From Dehalococcoidales bacterium (lineage in GTDB: Bacteria; Chloroflexota; Dehalococcoidia; Dehalococcoidales; UBA5627): 36,909 bases of DNA. The first letter of the stretch is position 1, and the number at the start of each line of letters is the position of its first letter. Below are positions 31,373 to 36,909 of the stretch, piece by piece. The stretch spans positions 1 to 36,909 of the forward strand of contig JAQTVR010000001.1 of assembly GCA_028706995.1 (NCBI GenBank). Direction: 5' to 3'. The notes beneath the pieces are model-generated. The model was not told where the DNA came from, ran no database searches, and worked only from the letters and a program-made list of their open reading frames with translations. Position numbers and translations under genes: made by a program.

Positions 31373-31801
31373 ATGGCTGCAGGCGCATGGGTAATGACTA
31401 ACACAACGAGAACAAAACTATTAAACGGTACATTTGACATCGATTCCGACACTTACAAAATGGCACTCTTTTTGAGTACGTCTGATTTAGGGGCGGCTTC
31501 AACCGACTTTGCCAGCGTAACCAATGAAGTCGGAACGACAAACACAGGTTATTCAGCAGGCGGGAAAGCAATCACTTTGACACTTTCAGGAACGACTACT
31601 GTCAAGGTTGATATTGACACCGACCCCGTATGGACAGCAGGCTCGGCAGGATTGACTGCTCGCTTTGCCTGTATCTATGAAGTAGGTGGTGATGTAGTTT
31701 GTTACTGCTTGCTTGACTCAAGTCCCGCCGATGTTAGCGTTACGGAGGGGAACACATTAACCGTAGCAGCTCATACCGATGGCGTGTTTACCCTCGCTTA
31801 A
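31373..31801 (+). CDS. Hypothetical tail-module protein (142 aa)
   Basis: GGAGG SD; predicted beta-rich, T/G/S-rich sequence. Confidence 0.55.
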   Translation: MAAGAWVMTNTTRTKLLNGTFDIDSDTYKMALFLSTSDLGAASTDFASVTNEVGTTNTGYSAGGKAITLTLSGTTTVKVDIDTDPVWTAGSAGLTARFACIYEVGGDVVCYCLLDSSPADVSVTEGNTLTVAAHTDGVFTLA

Positions 31802-31838
31802 GGCTACTAAAGCAGACACCTAGTAAGAAGGATTAATT

Positions 31839-34800
31839 ATGGCAACAATAAATCCGAGTCAAGATTATGATATTATCCACACGCTGACGCTTAACACTGA
31901 CACAGGAAACTGTGCTATCCGTGTGCATAGAGGGTCATCCCTAGCTATCTCAGGTACGGTATATTACCGTGCTGGCACAAGCGGGGAATGGACAGAGCTA
32001 TCCGTTGCTTCAACTACCACCACGTTTCCGATTAGCTCTACTACTATGCAGGTAGGGCACGACTGGAATAAGAGCGGTGATGCCTATATGACTGCCGCTT
32101 TCCAAGGCGAAACTAAGGTAACCGGTATAGGTATATCTCAAAAAGCGGTATTAAGCGGGGTGATAGGTAACTACTTTATTTGCGACTATGCCCGAGATTG
32201 TCCGAATCTGACATCATTGGATGTACCTGATATATCTAATACAACCAGTGTCGGCGATTACTTTATGAGAGGCTACGCTTATGACTGTTCCAGCCTGACA
32301 ATATTGGATATACCTGATACGAATAATTTAACCAGTGTCGGCGATTACTTTATGAGAGGCTACGCTTATGACTGTTCCAGTATAGTCTCGTTAATGCTTC
32401 CGCTTGCGGGGTGGTTTGCCAGTAATAATGTAGATTGGAGCGTCCCCTCTGGTAGGTTGGGTTATCTTAAAGGGTATGTGTTTGATAGTGGCAATCTTGA
32501 CGACTGGCAATCTCTGGTCGTGTCTGGTGAAACATTATACACAAATTATATCCAAGACAGTGATGACGTATTAGTATCTACAACGGATAAAGTAACTACC
32601 CCGACAACGTTATCTTTAACTATAACCACGTATGCTCCTACTTTAAAGGTGGCGATAACACCAGCCACAGCAGAGTTAATAATAACAGGGTATGCGCCTA
32701 CAGCCACAAATGAAAGGATTGTAACCCCTCCCACCCTCTCCCTCTCTATAACAACGTATGCTCCTACTGTCTCTTACACAACAAGCTCAATTCTAGCCCT
32801 TACGATAGCCACAATATCAAGCACACAGACCGACTTCCCTATTGATGTAGATTCTGTCAATTATCCTATTCTAAATAGATTATTTGCTGTATTAGGTGAC
32901 GACTGGCAATACCTTCAGATTAGGGATTCCAACGGGAATATCTGTTATACAGAAGTCGTTGAATGGGATTCTGCTAACGAAAGAATGGAGCTATGTTTCA
33001 AAGCCCCCAGTATGTCATCAGGGAATATATTCTATTTCGGCAGAAGCGATGACGTCAATTCCTATATCGGTCTAACTGGCTCTACCCCTGCAAAGGCAGT
33101 TTGGGACTCTAACTATGTCTTCGTTTCTCATATGAACGACAATGGAGATAGTACAGGGATATTAGACTCCACAAGTAATGCTAATAACGGTACTAAAGGG
33201 GCAGGAGATGCAGCACCAACAGAAACGGATGGATTGGTGGGGAAGGCGCAGAGCTTTTCAAGAGCCAACGCCCAATACATATTAGCTGGTAATAGCATAG
33301 TTGATGAATCATTTACAGCAACAGTTATATTTAAATCAGACAATAACTCATTAACTCAGGGTTTAATATCAGAGGACAATGGAACGTTACGAGATTGGTT
33401 TTTAAGAACGCTCGAACCAAACCAAATTCAAACAGGAATATGGCAAAGTAGTGGTAGCCTTAAAACAGATTTAAGTGGTGTTAATACAAGTCCTAACGAT
33501 GTTTGGAATATAGCTACTATAAAATATGATAAAGCGTCTTCATTGTTATATTCTATAGCTAATTCTTCGTCATTAACAACTGGAACTGATGGAACATTTA
33601 GAGACATGGGTTCTGGATTATACATTGGTAGGCATGCTTCTGCCAGTGAATCATTTAACGGACTTATCTCCGAAATCCGTATCTCCAACACAGCAAGGTC
33701 GGAGGATTGGATAAGTTTAACCAATTCAAACCTTAAAGACCACGACTTATTTACCATTGATGTGGTTAATCCCGATATAGAATTAACCCCGACAACGTTA
33801 AGTCTATCTATTACAACCTATATTCCGTCTTTAGTTTATGGCTATGTTTACACCCCTACCACGTTAGCCCTAGCAATAACAGGCTATGCTCCTACTATCA
33901 CAATTCAAGAGCCTCCGCCCCCTGCTTTAAAGTACACGCTAGAAATCAGAGACAGCAGCGGTAATTTACTGGCAATCCTAGAGAATGCCTACGATAGGGT
34001 TTATACTCAAAGGGTAAACGAGCCTCAATCATTAACCTTTTCAATACCTGCCGAAGATGACAAGGTTTCAGGACTGGCTAAGCCCAACCAGATATGGTTA
34101 AGGGATTATTCAACAGGCACGTTAATCAAGAAGTTTGTTATCACCCGATTAGTCAAAAAGGACTCAGGGAACTGTACTTATCAGGTAGAATGTAAAGGCT
34201 ATTTATCTAAACTCTTAAAAGCGGTTGTTCAGTCCTATTCACCTTCGGGCAAAACACCCACCGAGATTCTGACGGCTCTGTTAGCTTACCAGACGTTAGA
34301 CACCATCACTCTTGGCACAGTAGATATTACAGGCACTTATTCATTCTCTTGGAGTAACACGACAGTTTTAGCGTGTCTCAACGACTGCCTGAACGTGTGG
34401 GGCGGTTACTTCGATGTAGACAATGATAACGAATTAACTTGGCTTGATGATATAGGAAGCGATGTAGGGCAACAAATCAGGTATAAAAAGAACCTCATAG
34501 ACGTTGAGGAAGAAACCGACTACGAAGGGCAAAACGGGAGATTATATCCGTCAGGCTCGGGTGGTATTGTATTATCTGACAAGTCGGTTGTAATGGAAGT
34601 CGCCGACCAGTCCGAAGATGCTACCTATGGCTATCTGACCGTGCCGACTGATTACATTTGTTTTAAGGAAAGTACTTTAGAGATTTTAAGAAAAGGCACT
34701 AAAGAGGATTTAGCGGCTTTCGATGTGATTGACAATGTTTCACCTGGGAGCGACTGGACTGTCGGCAGTGGAGTGGCTTACTGGGATAGTATCCACGATG

Positions 34801-35624
34801 GTAATGATAGCTCCTCTAAATTGGGGCATAGGTGGAACGTAGCGAAATGGGTTAGCGGTTTAGATATCCGTGTCGCAGTAATTTATAACTATGGCACAAG
34901 CGATACGATAATAAACAGAATCGTTGTTGAATATACAACAGACGCATTTACAACTACCACGACAATTTATGACAGTGGGGTTACGTTAAGTCTTGGAGAT
35001 GGCACTCACGACCTCGAATTAGGCTTTGAGCAGAGAGTAAATGCAAACGGGCTAGCAGTTAAAATATATACATACACCCCTCTCGGCGGGAATGTAGCTA
35101 ATAACATCCGAACATACGATGCCAATACACTAGGCACAATAGAGTTCTTTGACGAATCCGAATCTTGGACTAATATCAATGACCAGCAGTTAAAAATAGC
35201 TATAGCCTCTTATGAGTCAGGAGATACTTATTATCTATCCTATGATTTAGCTGATTATCTGAAAGACTTGACGGCAATCTCGACCTATGGTGATGAGGGA
35301 ATACAGATGTCGTTTAGTTATGCCGCTGACGTTGACACCCTGTTAGCCTATGCCATAGCTCAATTAGAACTCATAAACGACCCGCCGAAGTCGTACTCGG
35401 GGAATGTTCTTTACCTGGATGAGATAGATTCTAATTTCTCATTTGACGAGCTGGACTTGGGGAATATCGTTGACCTTATACACGAACCTTTAGGAATCGA
35501 TTCGAGCGTCAGGGTAGTAGGCATGTCGAAGAACCTTGATAATCCGTTGACAGGCTCGATTGAAATTGTAAGAAAAGCGAAATCATTAACCGAAGCATTC
35601 AAGGCAATTTACGGGAGGCTGTAA
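31839..35624 (+). CDS. 1261-aa chimeric tail protein: BspA-type LRR, TTYAPT repeats, LamG/ConA-like lectin domain, then a Tal (prophage tail endopeptidase-type) module
   Basis: LRR: SVGDYFMRGYAYDCSSL twice. LamG: DSNYVFVSHMNDNGD...GLISEIRISNTARSEDWI. Tal N-domain: YTLEIRDSSGNLLAILENAY...IWLRDYSTG. Confidence 0.8.
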   Translation: MATINPSQDYDIIHTLTLNTDTGNCAIRVHRGSSLAISGTVYYRAGTSGEWTELSVASTTTTFPISSTTMQVGHDWNKSGDAYMTAAFQGETKVTGIGISQKAVLSGVIGNYFICDYARDCPNLTSLDVPDISNTTSVGDYFMRGYAYDCSSLTILDIPDTNNLTSVGDYFMRGYAYDCSSIVSLMLPLAGWFASNNVDWSVPSGRLGYLKGYVFDSGNLDDWQSLVVSGETLYTNYIQDSDDVLVSTTDKVTTPTTLSLTITTYAPTLKVAITPATAELIITGYAPTATNERIVTPPTLSLSITTYAPTVSYTTSSILALTIATISSTQTDFPIDVDSVNYPILNRLFAVLGDDWQYLQIRDSNGNICYTEVVEWDSANERMELCFKAPSMSSGNIFYFGRSDDVNSYIGLTGSTPAKAVWDSNYVFVSHMNDNGDSTGILDSTSNANNGTKGAGDAAPTETDGLVGKAQSFSRANAQYILAGNSIVDESFTATVIFKSDNNSLTQGLISEDNGTLRDWFLRTLEPNQIQTGIWQSSGSLKTDLSGVNTSPNDVWNIATIKYDKASSLLYSIANSSSLTTGTDGTFRDMGSGLYIGRHASASESFNGLISEIRISNTARSEDWISLTNSNLKDHDLFTIDVVNPDIELTPTTLSLSITTYIPSLVYGYVYTPTTLALAITGYAPTITIQEPPPPALKYTLEIRDSSGNLLAILENAYDRVYTQRVNEPQSLTFSIPAEDDKVSGLAKPNQIWLRDYSTGTLIKKFVITRLVKKDSGNCTYQVECKGYLSKLLKAVVQSYSPSGKTPTEILTALLAYQTLDTITLGTVDITGTYSFSWSNTTVLACLNDCLNVWGGYFDVDNDNELTWLDDIGSDVGQQIRYKKNLIDVEEETDYEGQNGRLYPSGSGGIVLSDKSVVMEVADQSEDATYGYLTVPTDYICFKESTLEILRKGTKEDLAAFDVIDNVSPGSDWTVGSGVAYWDSIHDGNDSSSKLGHRWNVAKWVSGLDIRVAVIYNYGTSDTIINRIVVEYTTDAFTTTTTIYDSGVTLSLGDGTHDLELGFEQRVNANGLAVKIYTYTPLGGNVANNIRTYDANTLGTIEFFDESESWTNINDQQLKIAIASYESGDTYYLSYDLADYLKDLTAISTYGDEGIQMSFSYAADVDTLLAYAIAQLELINDPPKSYSGNVLYLDEIDSNFSFDELDLGNIVDLIHEPLGIDSSVRVVGMSKNLDNPLTGSIEIVRKAKSLTEAFKAIYGRL
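32243..32380 (+). repeat. Exact 51-nt direct duplication (period 87 nt) within the LRR region
   Basis: AACCAGTGTCGGCGATTACTTTATGAGAGGCTACGCTTATGACTGTTCCAG occurs at 32243-32293 and 32330-32380. Confidence 0.9.
32598..32768 (+). repeat. Three copies of a 15-aa motif TP(T/P)TLSL.ITTYAPT
   Basis: Copies at 32598-32642, 32658-32702 and 32724-32768. Confidence 0.8.
33786..33896 (+). repeat. Two more copies of the TPTTL.L.IT.Y.P. motif
   Basis: Copies at 33786-33830 and 33852-33896, on the far side of the LamG-like segment. Confidence 0.8.
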
Positions 35625-35845
35625 TGAACGAAAAAACTAAAGCCGGAATAGAGGCTGCGATAGAATTATTTAAAGGTTGGATAAGACCCATTGTTGTTCT
35701 GGGCATGACGGCGGTTATTTGTGTAATGACAGTCGAGGGCAGGCTAAGTGAAATAGACTGGCAATTCTGGGTTGTCTATGCAGGCTTCGCTTCGGTGTGG
35801 CTGGGAGAGGGTACAATCAATAAACTTATGCAGGTTAAAAAGTAA
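35624..35845 (+). CDS. Holin-like membrane protein (2 TM)
   Basis: 73 aa with hydrophobic IRPIVVLGMTAVICVMTV and FWVVYAGFASVWL. ATGA-type coupling after the tail gene. Confidence 0.6.
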   Translation: MNEKTKAGIEAAIELFKGWIRPIVVLGMTAVICVMTVEGRLSEIDWQFWVVYAGFASVWLGEGTINKLMQVKK

Positions 35846-36108
35846 TGTGCTGGAATGAGTTTAAACAGAATCCGTATAAGTGGTTATGGTCCCGCATCGG
35901 CGGGAGACCCTGGACTTATATATTGAGAGACATCTGGCATAAATACGAACTGGTATGGATTGCTGTTATCTTTACCGGCGGGGTGTTGCTCGGTCATTAC
36001 TGCGGATTCAAGACAGTACTGACAATTGGTTTATCCTTTTTAATCGGTTATCTTTTCGGGCATCTGTTCTGGGGAAGTGAATATATCGAAAATCAGCAAG
36101 GGGATTAA
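35845..36108 (+). CDS. Membrane protein (2 TM), lysis cassette
   Basis: 87 aa; ELVWIAVIFTGGVLLGHY and VLTIGLSFLIGYLFGHLF. Confidence 0.55.
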   Translation: MCWNEFKQNPYKWLWSRIGGRPWTYILRDIWHKYELVWIAVIFTGGVLLGHYCGFKTVLTIGLSFLIGYLFGHLFWGSEYIENQQGD

Positions 36109-36198
36109 ATGGAAGTATTGCACGATATTATACATATGATTTGCTGTTGTGTGTTCTGCGCCGCAGTCTGCGAATTTTTGCATAGGAGATTCAAATGA
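36109..36198 (+). CDS. 29-aa hydrophobic Cys-rich peptide (below the track cutoff)
   Basis: TAAATG start and ATGA-coupled stop. Hand translation gives MEVLHDIIHMICCCVFCAAVCEFLHRRFK. Confidence 0.35.
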   Translation: MEVLHDIIHMICCCVFCAAVCEFLHRRFK

Positions 36199-36443
36199 CT
36201 AATGAAGAAAAACTAGACTCCCTAGACGAGAAAATAGACCAGATAGGCTTGTTTGTTGCCGTGTCAGAGGAACGGCTTGAACGTATGGAAATATGGCAAA
36301 AGGATTACTGCGCTATTATACAGGAAACAAGCGACAGGGCATTAAAAAATAAAAACGACATCTCCTGGATAAAGAAAATCGGCACTACTATTGCCTCTAT
36401 CTGCTCGGCTGTAATTATCTGGCTCATAACAGGAGTGAAATGA
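36195..36443 (+). CDS. XhlA-like protein: N-terminal coiled coil plus C-terminal TM anchor
   Basis: 82 aa; LDSLDEKIDQI...ERLERMEIWQ then IGTTIASICSAVIIWLITG. Confidence 0.6.
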   Translation: MTNEEKLDSLDEKIDQIGLFVAVSEERLERMEIWQKDYCAIIQETSDRALKNKNDISWIKKIGTTIASICSAVIIWLITGVK

Positions 36444-36712
36444 TTAGATTATACTTTCAGAACTTATCAGATATGATTGACCCCGAAACCGGTATGGGTT
36501 GCGGAGGTTGCGGTGGTGGTTACGGCGACCCTGAAACTATGTCTATTTACATCGATGAAAGATTATCTCACTCAATGAAACTAGAAACTATAATCCATGA
36601 AGCGGTTGAACTCTATTGTAAAGGCCGGATTAAACATACAAAAATCAATGACCTTACTAGAGATATTGTTAGACTCTTATTGGATGCAGGATATATCTCA
36701 ATCAAATCATAA
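36440..36712 (+). CDS. 90-aa protein of unknown function; diverged copy of 161..424
   Basis: ATGA-coupled start. It is identical to the 87-aa copy at both ends, with a diverged middle and a 3-aa Gly/Cys insertion. Confidence 0.6.
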   Translation: MIRLYFQNLSDMIDPETGMGCGGCGGGYGDPETMSIYIDERLSHSMKLETIIHEAVELYCKGRIKHTKINDLTRDIVRLLLDAGYISIKS

Positions 36713-36805
36713 AGATTTTAATCGTATGACCCGCTACAATGCGATTCTAGCCATTTAAATTTAAGGTTAATAGTAACACTCATATCAAGTAATATAAAAC
36801 GTTAA

Positions 36806-36850
36806 GCCCCCGATGTGGTTTGCCTGATAAGCACTCCATATATCGGGGGC
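36806..36850 (+). terminator. Second copy of the conserved long hairpin
   Basis: GCCCCCGAT 36806-14 pairs with ATCGGGGGC 36842-50. The loop is nearly identical to the loop of 499..545. AAGTTTTCCGTTT follows. Confidence 0.55.
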
Positions 36851-36909
36851 AAGTTTTCCGTTTATAGGGGTTATTCCCCTATTATCTTTTGGAGTTTGGC
36901 TATAACGGA

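Noticed and set aside
31839-35624. A diversity-generating retroelement acting on the tail-fibre repeats.
   Set aside because: There is no reverse transcriptase ORF in the window. There is also no template/variable repeat pair with adenine-specific mismatches. The repeats are either exact or diverged at all bases.
1-36909. CRISPR arrays, tRNA/tmRNA genes, and integrase, excisionase or CI-type repressor genes.
   Set aside because: I found no regularly spaced repeat-spacer array and no T-arm-like GGTTCGAAT-type element with a matching acceptor stem in the non-coding regions. No ORF has tyrosine or serine recombinase motifs. This was visual inspection only, so tRNAscan/ARAGORN and HMM searches should confirm it.
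36871-36909. The minus-strand partial ORF at the right window edge (...SVIAKLQKIIGE*), as a second HNH-AP2 homolog.
   Set aside because: Only 12 codons are visible. The resemblance to the AP2 C-terminus (AAKLIYGE) is too short to support a call.

Overview
The window holds essentially one complete tailed-phage genome of about 36.3 kb, with an HK97-fold capsid and a siphovirus-type non-contractile tail. Almost all genes are on the + strand. An imperfect direct repeat brackets the genome (1..~556 vs 36280..~36870, period 36,279 bp). The window therefore starts inside the last lysis-cassette genes of one copy and ends in the same genes of the next copy. Gene order, left to right: (1) a convergent HNH-AP2 homing endonuclease, the only credible minus-strand gene; (2) a ~430-nt ORF-free region with tandem sigma70-like promoters; (3) an early HTH gene and small ORFs; (4) a recombination/replication block, with a DUF4373/DnaD-like initiator carrying an internal AT-rich tandem repeat and a DnaC-like loader; (5) a 1.4-kb cassette flanked by a perfect 32-bp direct repeat, holding a C5-MTase-like gene without a target-recognition domain (TRD), a promoter-equipped HNH gene and a DnaB N-terminal remnant; (6) about 12 small ORFs and a NinG-like nuclease; (7) a 142-aa gene followed by a promoter, an intrinsic terminator and a ~625-nt G+C-enriched, ORF-free, highly self-complementary region; (8) a metallophosphoesterase and an N6/N4 DNA methyltransferase interrupted at a T6 tract; (9) terS-HNH-terL, a portal-MuF fusion, protease and major capsid; (10) two tandem paralog pairs, connector and tail genes with a G/GT -1 frameshift, tape measure and Dit; (11) a 1261-aa chimeric LRR/LamG/Tal protein; (12) holin-like genes with no recognisable endolysin. 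The ~625-nt region in (7) is my best candidate for something undescribed: a large structured leader or ncRNA. It may be linked to antitermination, because strong intrinsic terminators sit inside the late operon. I saw no integrase, repressor, tRNA or CRISPR array. All functional calls come from motif recognition by eye; no database search or folding program was run.
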